In this document: positions 9,322 to 18,231 of the stretch, one piece after another | How the letters are laid out: every line of letters starts with the position of its first letter | How positions within the stretch are numbered: position 1 is the stretch's first letter | Assembly: GCA_007376635.1 (NCBI GenBank) | Contig: VMGQ01000002.1 | Location: 1-34,538 of the forward strand | Length of the DNA: 34,538 nucleotides | DNA from: Candidatus Peregrinibacteria bacterium Greene1014_49 | GTDB lineage: Bacteria; Patescibacteriota; Gracilibacteria; Peribacterales; Peribacteraceae | Direction: 5' to 3' | Notes under the pieces: generated by a model | The model's database searches: none | What the model was told of the DNA's origin: nothing | The model's input: only the letters and a program-made list of their open reading frames with translations | Made by a program: the position numbers and the translations under genes

Positions 9322-9843
9322 ATGGCACATCGCCAAAACTCTAAGCGCTATGAACGTCTCGTCGCAGCCTTCTCCGCTTCCGCATTTGCTCTCCTTGTGA
9401 CCGTAAGTACAGAGAGCACTGCATCGACAAGCGCAGGTCTTACGACGAAAACACGATCTGTCATCCGAACGACACCAAGTTCAAGCGTGCGGCAGACGAC
9501 GCCATCTCAGCCATCACGAGCAACTGCGACACCTATGCGAGAGAGCATTGAGACTGAGGAAACTGGTTCTGCATACATTGAAGAATACGGATCGTCATAC
9601 CACCGCGCTTCCCCGGTATGCCTCTGTGGATGCACCACATCGGACGCTGGCTCCCTCTGCCCAGTACGCACCGAGAATGGCGTGTGTCCGTTCTCCTCAA
9701 GATACGCTATCGCAGCGAGCGGCGAAGATGACTGCTCTGAGTTCTTGGCTAGAAGCGGAACAACCTGTGTTGGATATGACAGCAGCAATGCAACACGAAC
9801 TGGAACGCACATGATCTGCAGTAAAGCAGTGTTGCCGGATTGA
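9322..9843 (+). CDS. Exported or anchored protein with Ser/Thr-rich linker and Cys-rich C-terminal domain
   Basis: Hydrophobic N-terminal segment, S/T/P-rich stretch, 8 Cys in the last ~75 aa. Confidence 0.7.
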   Translation: MAHRQNSKRYERLVAAFSASAFALLVTVSTESTASTSAGLTTKTRSVIRTTPSSSVRQTTPSQPSRATATPMRESIETEETGSAYIEEYGSSYHRASPVCLCGCTTSDAGSLCPVRTENGVCPFSSRYAIAASGEDDCSEFLARSGTTCVGYDSSNATRTGTHMICSKAVLPD

Positions 9844-10002
9844 TGCGCCCTAACGCATCTCAACATTGAATGGCATGATGACAACTCCGACACCGGATGA
9901 AGACAATTTCAGAATACAATATGCGAATATCTTTCATCCTGAAGCCATAATATTCACGTCAAATATTGTATAACTTTTGTATTCATAACACATCCAATTC
10001 CC

Positions 10003-10424
10003 AGCGCTATGCCGAAGATTTGCGCAAATTTCCGGTGCGCGTACGATAACATGATTTGCACACAGCAAATCTCAGCCATCAGCCTTCGTCCGCCTCAGGC
10101 GGATGTAGCCCTCGTTCCTTCATTACAGAGAACACCCATACAAACACTCCTACGCGTTAAGCGCAGGAGATCGCTCTCCAAGTTCGTGATTGCCGGCTCA
10201 GGTGCCAGCATTCGCGCAATCCCCCACTCCCCAGCGTGATCTAAGCCTTAGGCTTACGCATCGCCACCACGGGGAACTCGCCAGGCCATGAGGATAAACA
10301 AGCGGCCAGAGGAGGGCACAAACGGGAACCTGTCCCAACTTCTCTCTTGTCTCTAGGAAGCTCTTGCTCTCCAAAGCGACACAAGAGAAACACACATACA
10401 AAGAGACCCCATCGGGGTCTTTTT
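10003..10424 (+). ncRNA. Candidate structured non-coding RNA, family unknown
   Basis: Series of about 9 stem-loops with A/C-rich linkers, AT-rich promoter-like region upstream (TGTATAAC near 9967-9974), terminator at the 3' end, no convincing ORF. Confidence 0.5.
10401..10424 (+). terminator. Intrinsic terminator
   Basis: AGACCCC-atc-GGGGTCT followed by TTTT. Confidence 0.8.
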
Positions 10425-10541
10425 GTTATAAGAATAATAAATAAACTTTTGTCGAGTGCAGGATTTACTAATACCACAAATCTTTTCACATACTCCTGCA
10501 ATTGTTTCACTTCTTGGCCAGCCGTACGGTAACGCACTTCC

Positions 10542-10967
10542 ATGACTTCACGTGCATTCGCCACCGGCCTGCTGAGCGCTCTCTTCGCGCTTATGCCTAT
10601 CACAGGGTTTGCCCACCATGATGGGGGTTTCGACGACTATTCGTACGATGACCTCTATGACAATGTCGGTGCATACGATGATCCCTATCATGTGCAATAC
10701 GGCTCCACGTATTACGGCAATAACTATCGATCCAATGACTATTTTTACGACGAGCGATATGGCAATTCTCGAGATACCTATAATCCCCAATACACCATGC
10801 CGGGATTCCGCTGCTACTACTGGGGCAGAGATGGCACCTGCATGAACTATTCCTACCGCCAAGCACCTTCTTACTACGGCGGCTCTCCCTATGGATATAA
10901 CAACTACGGCTATCAGAACAACAACTACGGATATCGCAGTCGCTGTAACTACCAAGAGTGCTATTAA
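10542..10967 (+). CDS. Secreted Tyr/Asn/Gly/Asp-rich low-complexity protein
   Basis: Signal peptide ending ITGFA; 28 Tyr in about 117 mature residues; CYYWGRDGTC motif. Confidence 0.8.
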   Translation: MTSRAFATGLLSALFALMPITGFAHHDGGFDDYSYDDLYDNVGAYDDPYHVQYGSTYYGNNYRSNDYFYDERYGNSRDTYNPQYTMPGFRCYYWGRDGTCMNYSYRQAPSYYGGSPYGYNNYGYQNNNYGYRSRCNYQECY

Positions 10968-10999
10968 TATCATTGTCCCACTATTTTCCTTCCCCACGT

Positions 11000-11362
11000 A
11001 TGTTCCCTCGTCTCCTCACCATCGGCTCCGCTCTCGTTTCCCTCGTCGCTGCCTTCGCTGCCTTCACAGCGAGCGCTGAGGCGAGTTACTACTACGACGA
11101 ATCCGCCTACAACCGTCCGACCCCCTGCTACCAGTACGACGGCCAAGGACACTGCGTCTCCAGCGGTACGCGCTACCGCGCTCGTACCACGTACAACAGA
11201 ACCTACAACGGATCGGCCTACAACAATCAATATCCTTATGGTTACACAAACTACGGCAGCAACGGTTACTACCGCCCGGTCGATAACTACTACCCGAACA
11301 GAAACAACGGCTGTTACTGGTACTACGGAAGCTACCGATGTGATAACAAGTGCAATCACTGA
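11000..11362 (+). CDS. Secreted Tyr/Asn/Gly-rich low-complexity protein
   Basis: Signal peptide ending ASAEA; CYQYDGQGHC and CYWYYGSYRC motifs. Confidence 0.8.
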   Translation: MFPRLLTIGSALVSLVAAFAAFTASAEASYYYDESAYNRPTPCYQYDGQGHCVSSGTRYRARTTYNRTYNGSAYNNQYPYGYTNYGSNGYYRPVDNYYPNRNNGCYWYYGSYRCDNKCNH

Positions 11363-11385
11363 TAAGCGGATCAATGCAATCGTAA

Positions 11386-11413
11386 GCACCCGCCACAAGG
11401 CGGGTGTTTTTTT
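11386..11413 (+). terminator. Intrinsic terminator
   Basis: CACCCGCC-acaa-GGCGGGTG followed by a T run. Confidence 0.85.
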
Positions 11414-11458
11414 CATCCCGTATTTCTCTTCTCTTCCCCTTCTCCCTATACTTTTTTC

Positions 11459-11845
11459 ATGTTCCGCATTGTCCGCAGTCTTGGCTACGCTCTTGAGGGT
11501 CTTAAGCACGCTCTGATCCACGAACGCAATCTGCAGCTCTTCGTGCTCGGATACGCAGCAGTACTTGTCTGTGCAACAACTCTCTCTCTGGAGCGCTGGG
11601 AATGGACCGCACTCATGGTCAGCGGTGGTGCCTTCATAGCGGTAGAGCTCTTCAATACCGCCTTGGAACGCCTAACAGATGCGGTGGACAGTCTCCCCAG
11701 AGAAAGTGCGAATGTCCTCCTCCATCATTCCATGAAAGCGGCAAAGGACGTTGCTGCGGCTGCCGCACTGGCGGGCTTGGCAGTGGTGGCCATGACGGTA
11801 CTCCTCGTGGCGCTCCCCCACCTTTTCCCCCTTGGTAGACCATAA
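11459..11845 (+). CDS. dgkA: Diacylglycerol/undecaprenol kinase family membrane protein
   Basis: SLGYALEGL..ERNLQ, VELFNTALERLTD, AKDVAAAA. Confidence 0.88.
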   Translation: MFRIVRSLGYALEGLKHALIHERNLQLFVLGYAAVLVCATTLSLERWEWTALMVSGGAFIAVELFNTALERLTDAVDSLPRESANVLLHHSMKAAKDVAAAAALAGLAVVAMTVLLVALPHLFPLGRP

Positions 11846-12344
11846 ATGATTCCCCGACACTTCTCCTACCTTCTCCACCCAACCGTGAAGATCTTAAAAA
11901 ATGCTGAGCGTTTTCACCGAAGGCAAAAGGCTCGGATACTGTTCCCGTGATGTTGACCGGTTGCTGCGTACTGATCCCCCCACCTGTATTCCGACTCTCT
12001 GTAGACACCGCAATAATTTCTCCACGACTAGTCCCAACAGTGGAGCCGGAATGTGCGCCTGCCTGTCTAGGAGGCAGGCGAACGATACCGCTGTCTCCAC
12101 CATTCCCTTCACTACACGCCAGTCGTTCACGCCAGCCCTCTGTGTGCGGTTGATAATACGGAAGAGGCCCAAACATCCCACACCGGATGTAATCGGGTAA
12201 CGGACCGAGAGCGCCTAAGAAATGATCGTTCGTTGGAGCATTTGCAGCATGTACCGGCTCCGCTCCGGCAAAGAGGTGAATGATGATCGCGCAGCATGTC
12301 AGGATGAACATAGGAGGAGCACAGTACTCCATATGATCATGCAT
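11652..12344 (-). CDS. Hypothetical exported protein; 3' end uncertain
   Basis: Start overlaps the stop of the upstream ATPase; signal-like N-terminus; overlaps dgkA by 194 nt on the opposite strand. Confidence 0.4.
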   Translation of the reverse strand: MHDHMEYCAPPMFILTCCAIIIHLFAGAEPVHAANAPTNDHFLGALGPLPDYIRCGMFGPLPYYQPHTEGWRERLACSEGNGGDSGIVRLPPRQAGAHSGSTVGTSRGEIIAVSTESRNTGGGISTQQPVNITGTVSEPFAFGENAQHFLRSSRLGGEGRRSVGESFMVYQGGKGGGAPRGVPSWPPLPSPPVRQPQQRPLPLSWNDGGGHSHFLWGDCPPHLLGVPRRY

Positions 12345-15069
12345 TTCCTCCCTTTTTCTTCTTCTCCACTTCCGCCAGCAACGTCTTACTGGGTGGCGGC
12401 ACGCCTCCCGAAGCCTCCAGTTTCTTCTCGAGATCTTTCATCTTACCCATATCTTGCTCCGTGAGCACTTCCCCGAGCAATGCCCTCTTACGCAGAGCAT
12501 TGAAATCATTCGTCCACATTTCTTTGTCGCGCCACTTGCGGTACTCCTCAAGCGACATCTTCTTTTCCCGTGCTTTCTTCTTCTCCTCCTCTTCCTTCTC
12601 TTTTGCCTTTTCAACAGACTTTACGGCAACCCTTCCCTCCTTTGCCGATTCTGCCCAGCGTTTGATTTTATCTTCCACGACTGCCCGTTTTTCACTGTAA
12701 CGCTCGCGCGAAAGTCTTCGTATGATCTCGACACGTTTGCTGTCTTGATCGAAAGCCGGAGGGGGAAGGGTACTCACGGAGAAGGGCTTGCTCGGGATAC
12801 CATCGATCATCAAACGCATGTACGCATGGTACTTCGGAAGACTCAGGATATCTTTTTCGACGACCATTTCTTCAAATTGCTTGCTGAGCTCCTCGGCATC
12901 ATCGGAACCAACTTGGAAGCTGGTCATGGTGCCCACGTTTCCAAAGACCGCATCCTGGAGCTTCGTGCTTTTATCACCAATCAGAAGCTGCGCGACGTAC
13001 TGGTTGGCCATTGTCAGGCTCAGACGATACTTGCGAGCCTCAGAGAGGATCGTGGCAAAGGATTCTGTTGCAAAGTTCTGAAACTCATCAACGTACAGGA
13101 AGAAATCGCGGCGTTCTTTCTCCGGAATATCGGCTCTGCTCATCGCTTCGAGCTGAAACTTGGTCACGAGCATGGAACCAAGGAAACCGGAGGTATCTTC
13201 GCCGAGCTTTCCCTTACTCAAGTTCACGAGAATGATTTTCCCGGTGTCCATCGCGTGGCGGATATCCACGGTACTTGTCACCTGTCCAATGATATTTCTG
13301 ATGAGCGGTGTGGAGAGGAGTTGCCCCACTTTGTTCTGAATCGCGGCGATGGCTTCCGTACGATATTTTTCGCTCCAGGAAGCGTATTCGTCCTCCCAGA
13401 AACTCCGAACCAATGGGTCAGATAAGCGTGAGACTACTTTTCCCCGGTACGCGTCATCAGCAAACATGCGCATGATGCCAAGCATGGAAGATCCTTCGGT
13501 CTGCAAAAGCGCGAGAAGAGTATTGCGAAGAATGTGTTCCATACGTCCGCTCCATACGTCCGGCCAGAGCTTGGTAAACACACTCATGATTCCTGATGCC
13601 ACAAGCGGCTGCTGGTCTCTATCTCTGCACTCAAGAATATTGAAGGAAATGGGGAAATCTTTGTCCGAAGGATCAAAGAGAATGACATCGTTGCTGCGTT
13701 CTTTGGGAATGAATTTCATCACGGCATCGACAAGATCTCCGTGCGGATCGATGAGCCCAATCCCCCGCCCTGCGTGGATATCGGAGAAGAGCATATTTTC
13801 CAGAAGTGTGGATTTACCCATACCCGTCTTTCCAATGATGTAGATATGACGACGGCGATCATCCGTCTTGATGCCGAATTTCGTCCGTGCACCGCGGAAT
13901 ACGGCTTCGCCGAGCAGTGTGAGGTGCTTCGATTCGTCTTTTTCTTCCACCGGCGTCTTTGGCGGAACGGGAAGATTGATCGGCGGTTCGAGCTTCTTAG
14001 AAAGCACCCAATCAATGTTCGGCGTCTGCACCATCGCGGTGGGAAGATGCCAAAGTGTTGCGATTTCCTCCACAGAAAGGACATACGGATGAATCGTAAA
14101 CCCGAGCGGAATCTTCTCGGTCACGGTAGGGGTGAGCAAGCGAAAGGCATTCGTATGGGGAAGCGCAAACTGCCGGAAACTTCCGACAATTTCCTGAAGC
14201 TTCTGCATACCCTCTAAGCGATGCCCCTTGGGAACAATGACGCTCAAGCGGACATTGCAGATAAAGAGCAGTCTGTTGACCTTGTCTTGCGCCGCAGCAA
14301 TGGAGTCTTCACGATCGTGGTTTCTCGCTGTGACATGCTCATGCTCATCCGGGTCACTGCTCATGGGCTCATCGGAAAGCATCGACGTCGATCCCGCCAA
14401 AAATTTAGAGAACCCCGGCCATGCGCGGAATCCTCCCATGAATATCGAGATCGGAAGGAATGCGAGCCGACGCCATCCGCGAGCGAGCTGTACACGGGCG
14501 AAGAGATTGGCATACCGCTCGGACATGGAAGACATTCCTTTTTGGAGCAACGGCAGAAAGCGCCATGCGCGCTTGCGATAGCTGCCACCGATGGGTTTAA
14601 AGACCACTTGCACATGTCCACGCATTCCGGGGATGTCATTGCGGGCGAGAGCTGAGCTGACACCCGCTATCGGACTCATGTTTACGCGACTGAGAAGATC
14701 ATCGAATTGCGGATGTCGCTTGATCGGATAAATTTCCGGTTCTTTGAGCGCTAAATCCATCGTCACGACTTCTTCATCCTCGCGCGTGGCAAACGGATCT
14801 GCATCGACTTCCCGGTCGATATCAATCTCCGGATACTGTGCATACATCTGGCTTTGAGCAAGCTGTGCAGCCACTTCGGTCGCTCGTATGAAGAACGCGA
14901 TACGCCCGTCTCCGCCCATTCCCACTTCAAACTGCACCAGAGCATTCTTGCCCCTGAGCGCATGCAACGCAGCGATAGCAGACTCGGCATAGAGCGGACC
15001 TCTGGGGGTTTCTTTTTCCCCTTCTTTGGCCGGACGAATGCGGAGGATGACTTGTGGTGAATCCGTCAT
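12337..15069 (-). CDS. VirD4/TraD/HerA-like ATPase (T4SS DNA-binding domain/DUF87 type, common in CPR)
   Basis: RRRHIYIIGKTGMGKS Walker A, IDPHGDL, YVDEFQNF Walker B, LSEARKY, AVFGNVGT. Confidence 0.88.
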   Translation of the reverse strand: MTDSPQVILRIRPAKEGEKETPRGPLYAESAIAALHALRGKNALVQFEVGMGGDGRIAFFIRATEVAAQLAQSQMYAQYPEIDIDREVDADPFATREDEEVVTMDLALKEPEIYPIKRHPQFDDLLSRVNMSPIAGVSSALARNDIPGMRGHVQVVFKPIGGSYRKRAWRFLPLLQKGMSSMSERYANLFARVQLARGWRRLAFLPISIFMGGFRAWPGFSKFLAGSTSMLSDEPMSSDPDEHEHVTARNHDREDSIAAAQDKVNRLLFICNVRLSVIVPKGHRLEGMQKLQEIVGSFRQFALPHTNAFRLLTPTVTEKIPLGFTIHPYVLSVEEIATLWHLPTAMVQTPNIDWVLSKKLEPPINLPVPPKTPVEEKDESKHLTLLGEAVFRGARTKFGIKTDDRRRHIYIIGKTGMGKSTLLENMLFSDIHAGRGIGLIDPHGDLVDAVMKFIPKERSNDVILFDPSDKDFPISFNILECRDRDQQPLVASGIMSVFTKLWPDVWSGRMEHILRNTLLALLQTEGSSMLGIMRMFADDAYRGKVVSRLSDPLVRSFWEDEYASWSEKYRTEAIAAIQNKVGQLLSTPLIRNIIGQVTSTVDIRHAMDTGKIILVNLSKGKLGEDTSGFLGSMLVTKFQLEAMSRADIPEKERRDFFLYVDEFQNFATESFATILSEARKYRLSLTMANQYVAQLLIGDKSTKLQDAVFGNVGTMTSFQVGSDDAEELSKQFEEMVVEKDILSLPKYHAYMRLMIDGIPSKPFSVSTLPPPAFDQDSKRVEIIRRLSRERYSEKRAVVEDKIKRWAESAKEGRVAVKSVEKAKEKEEEEKKKAREKKMSLEEYRKWRDKEMWTNDFNALRKRALLGEVLTEQDMGKMKDLEKKLEASGGVPPPSKTLLAEVEKKKKGGNA

Positions 15070-15128
15070 GTCTCAAACAGTGTAGCGAGAAAGGCAGGAG
15101 GTTGCAGGTTTCATGAAATCTGCAACGT

Positions 15129-15842
15129 TCATGCTTCTCGTAAAAGCCCTGCCGCCATGTCTAATGCCGCCGTATTAAACGCGTAATCCATCCGCATAGG
15201 ACCAAGAATTCCGATCGCGCCTTTCTCGCCGCGCACGGCGTACTCGGTTACAAGAATGGCGCAGCTTTGCACCTGCGGCAGAACATGCTCATCGCCGATG
15301 TAGTAACGGACAGTATCATCAATCTCCAGATTGCGGAGAACACCATCGAAATGTTCCTCGAGAGCCTCAGCAATCCCCATCGCAAGTGCTGGGTTTGTTA
15401 CATACTCCGGCTGCCGAAACAGATTATGGAAACCCAGATAGTAGACCTGACGCTTATGCGGCACAGAGGCAAACACGACATTTGGCGTCATGTGGGCAAG
15501 CATCGTAATAGCCTCATAGACACGCTCTTGATCCTTGCGGTGGAAGTACTGTTCTTTCAAAGCATCAAACCGCGTGCGCACGGCTTTTTCGTGCGTCGTC
15601 GGCTTCATGTATTGCTTCACATACAATCGGTACCCCTCCGCAGTTGGCACGCGGCCGGCAGAGGTATGGGGCTGCTCGATCACGCCTTCATCGCTGAGTG
15701 CACGCATTTCATTGCGAATTGTGGCTCCTGATACCAAAAAATCCCCTGCTGCCAGGATATGCTTACTCCCGACCGGTTCGGCCGATCGGATGAATTCCTC
15801 AATAATGGCCGTTAGAAGCCTCGCCTGGCGTTCGTTCATCAT
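15129..15842 (-). CDS. hrcA: Heat-inducible transcription repressor HrcA (short form)
   Basis: AEPVGSK, SGATIRNEM, QPHTSAGRVPT..GYRLYV, GILGPMRMDY. Confidence 0.93.
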   Translation of the reverse strand: MMNERQARLLTAIIEEFIRSAEPVGSKHILAAGDFLVSGATIRNEMRALSDEGVIEQPHTSAGRVPTAEGYRLYVKQYMKPTTHEKAVRTRFDALKEQYFHRKDQERVYEAITMLAHMTPNVVFASVPHKRQVYYLGFHNLFRQPEYVTNPALAMGIAEALEEHFDGVLRNLEIDDTVRYYIGDEHVLPQVQSCAILVTEYAVRGEKGAIGILGPMRMDYAFNTAALDMAAGLLREA

Positions 15843-15849
15843 GAAAAGT

Positions 15850-15876
15850 ATAGCAGTCAAGTGGGGAGAGTGCTAG
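15850..15876. promoter_or_regulatory. CIRCE operator
   Basis: aTAGCAGTC-N9-GAGTGCTAg versus consensus TTAGCACTC-N9-GAGTGCTAA, directly upstream of hrcA and overlapping its -10 box. Confidence 0.88.
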
Positions 15877-15923
15877 AAGAATGGGACTCTTGCAACTGCG
15901 GTAACCGCTCAATTGCATCCCTG

Positions 15924-16535
15924 CTAATTCAGCTTGGACTCAATCGCTTTTAAGGCTTTGCCATCTTCGTTCTTTTCCGATGCTTCTTTTTGCTGTTTAG
16001 CTGCCTTCTTCAATGCATTAAGCACATCTAGGCGAGATTCAGAGAATGGACTTTCCACAATCTTTGCAAGCACACCCATACATTCATTGCGCAATCGTCT
16101 GTCCCTTGCATGAGTAATTTTTCCGGATTGTATAGCAGATATTTCATCGAAAACGTCTGATCGATAAGCATCTCCCCTGAGCCGAACACGGTCATCAGCT
16201 TCGCGAAAGTGCAAATCAATAATTGGGCCGATGACATTGAGCGGAAGTGTTCTACCAAGTGCGAAAATTTGCTTTTTTTCCTCTGCAACATTGATAGCGT
16301 ACGCTTGAATTATAATAAGTGCTTTATCAGCATTCACTTCCCCGGACTCAATGACTTGTTTCAGAGTTACATCATTGTGTTTGACCAGTAGAGCTGTTGC
16401 CTTTCCCATTGCACGACCCTGATCCTCTTCATTCATAGTTTTAACAGCTTGCTCAATGTCTTTCCATGATGTTTCCGGAGCGGCCTCGCGGACAGCATCT
16501 AACTTTCCATCCAGACCATCTTTAACAGGTTCCAT
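15924..16535 (-). CDS. Hypothetical protein, AT-richer than neighbours
   Basis: 203-aa charged ORF that fits the gap; no motif recognised. Confidence 0.7.
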   Translation of the reverse strand: MEPVKDGLDGKLDAVREAAPETSWKDIEQAVKTMNEEDQGRAMGKATALLVKHNDVTLKQVIESGEVNADKALIIIQAYAINVAEEKKQIFALGRTLPLNVIGPIIDLHFREADDRVRLRGDAYRSDVFDEISAIQSGKITHARDRRLRNECMGVLAKIVESPFSESRLDVLNALKKAAKQQKEASEKNEDGKALKAIESKLN

Positions 16536-16644
16536 AGAGTTGTGTGTATGTGAATATAAAACTCTTTCTATAGTACTCTCTCTCTCTCTCTGGAATTCAA
16601 GTTCTCCTTTTAAACAAGAATTCTGTATATATCCACAAATCCCA

Positions 16645-17406
16645 CTATCCCCTCATATTCTTCGCCATCCACATTTCCAGATTACACCCCCCAAACGTTA
16701 CTATCTCCACAAGTCGGCTCGTCGTATGCAGCGGACCATAGATCCACTTCTCCATCTTCTCTTCTTCCTGTACCTCCTCTGGAGAAGGTGCAGCCGCCTC
16801 GACGACATCAATCAAAAAAGGCGTCAGACGCTCCCGAATCATACACCCCCACAGAGCCACACTCTCCGGAAGATCCGTGCGTACGGACTGCTCTCTCACA
16901 GCTTCTTCTTGAAACATCCGCTCGGTGCGGGAATGGTGATACCGATGTGTCACTGCTACCACGTCACCGCCACCCGCAATACGGAGAATGGCACGCACTT
17001 CTTCGATGGTGCAATGCGAAACGGATCGAATGATTGGCGGAGGAATCCCTTCGAGCACTTCTGCAGGAACGACACCGTTCCAAATTGCATTCATAATACG
17101 TCCACCATCCATCGGCATTCCTCCAACATTCTGTGGACATCCTTCGACGGATAGTAAATGCACGGGACGCCGGCCGTGGTTCCAGTTCGCGATTGCTGCA
17201 CTGGTAATCCCTCGTGCGATGTCTTGAGCGAGTGCGGGATGCCTTGACCGTGCCTCTCGCATAAGTTGAACATACCGCTCGAGCATGATCGGTTCATGCG
17301 TCGTCGGATCTTGTCGCGTCATGAGTGCTATCGCCTCTTGGTCATTCGTATGAATGGTGCCTTTGAACATTGGCGCGATGAAGAGTGGTTTTTCTTTCAA
17401 TGGCAT
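16645..17406 (-). CDS. Divergent YdcF/DUF218-like protein
   Basis: SHCTIEEV and VVAVTHRYHHSRT resemble DUF218 S..T.EN and VT..yH..R motifs. Confidence 0.55.
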   Translation of the reverse strand: MPLKEKPLFIAPMFKGTIHTNDQEAIALMTRQDPTTHEPIMLERYVQLMREARSRHPALAQDIARGITSAAIANWNHGRRPVHLLSVEGCPQNVGGMPMDGGRIMNAIWNGVVPAEVLEGIPPPIIRSVSHCTIEEVRAILRIAGGGDVVAVTHRYHHSRTERMFQEEAVREQSVRTDLPESVALWGCMIRERLTPFLIDVVEAAAPSPEEVQEEEKMEKWIYGPLHTTSRLVEIVTFGGCNLEMWMAKNMRG

Positions 17407-17447
17407 ATATTGACTTTAAGATACTAATTACTAAAATGTCAATTAGT

Positions 17448-18143
17448 ATGGGGATACTCGATGAACTCAAGAATTTCGGCTCTCTGGTCTATACCGTTGG
17501 TGACGGCTGCCCGCCGAATGCGGATGGCCTCAATGCATTGAGCCGAGCAAATGCAGAGCGTGCTGCCCAAGTGGCAAATCTGCATCCCGATAGCATCCTC
17601 TTTATCGCGGGAGGCAATGGCGGGCAAACCAGCAGACGAGGATACAAAATAGAGGGATACCTCACAGAAGCGGAGCGTATGGCCTCATACATCAAGAGAG
17701 AATTCCATGGTCACATTCCCATCATCACCGACTGCGACCCGGGATTTCTGAATCGCTTCGAAGAAGTACAACCACCAATCCTCCCATCCACAAACACCAT
17801 AGAAAACAGCCGTAACGCCGCACATCTGATTTCCGCGAACGATAATTTTCGTAGCTGCGATATCGTTGCCGAACGTATGCATCTGCCACGCGTGATAGGA
17901 ACATTCCGGAGAGAAATGCAGCGTATTTGTCATGATCGTCATCTGCAGCTCCACAGTCATCCCGTTGATGCTGCATTTGAGATGGACAACGACCAATGGC
18001 ATTTGCAATCCAGGTTGCAGTTTCAACTCTGGAATGCGCTCAGTTGCATGCATCATCTGCTGATGGGAGCAGTACCAAGAGCGGAGTTTGTGAAAGAAAT
18101 GGTAACGGGAAACCGATACCGGAATTTGGAAGATCGCAGATGA
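17448..18143 (+). CDS. YdcF/DUF218 (ElyC/SanA-like) protein
   Basis: LFIAGGNG, TEAERMASY, STNTIENSRNA, IVAERMHLPRV. Confidence 0.75.
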   Translation: MGILDELKNFGSLVYTVGDGCPPNADGLNALSRANAERAAQVANLHPDSILFIAGGNGGQTSRRGYKIEGYLTEAERMASYIKREFHGHIPIITDCDPGFLNRFEEVQPPILPSTNTIENSRNAAHLISANDNFRSCDIVAERMHLPRVIGTFRREMQRICHDRHLQLHSHPVDAAFEMDNDQWHLQSRLQFQLWNALSCMHHLLMGAVPRAEFVKEMVTGNRYRNLEDRR

Positions 18144-18144
18144 T

Positions 18145-18229
18145 ATAGCCGCACGCCTCCACGGGTGCGGAACATACAGACCTGCGGCATATCCAACAAT
18201 CGCCGCACGCCAGTAGGCGGTGCGGCTAT
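18145..18229. repeat. Paired palindromes (REP-doublet-like), possible bidirectional terminator
   Basis: Two GCCGCACGCC...GGTGCGG hairpins; outer ATAGCCGCAC / GTGCGGCTAT inverted repeat between convergent genes. Confidence 0.6.
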
Positions 18230-18231
18230 TC

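Noticed and set aside
10003-10424. tmRNA, RNase P or SRP identity; also short ORFs 10009-10239 and 10241-10603
   Set aside because: No tRNA-like ends, GAGGAAAGUCC or GGAAGGAAGCAG motif seen on either strand; the ORFs lack protein-like features and cross hairpins or the terminator
16577-16591. (CT)n microsatellite as a phase-variation switch
   Set aside because: Short, intergenic and without evidence of length variation
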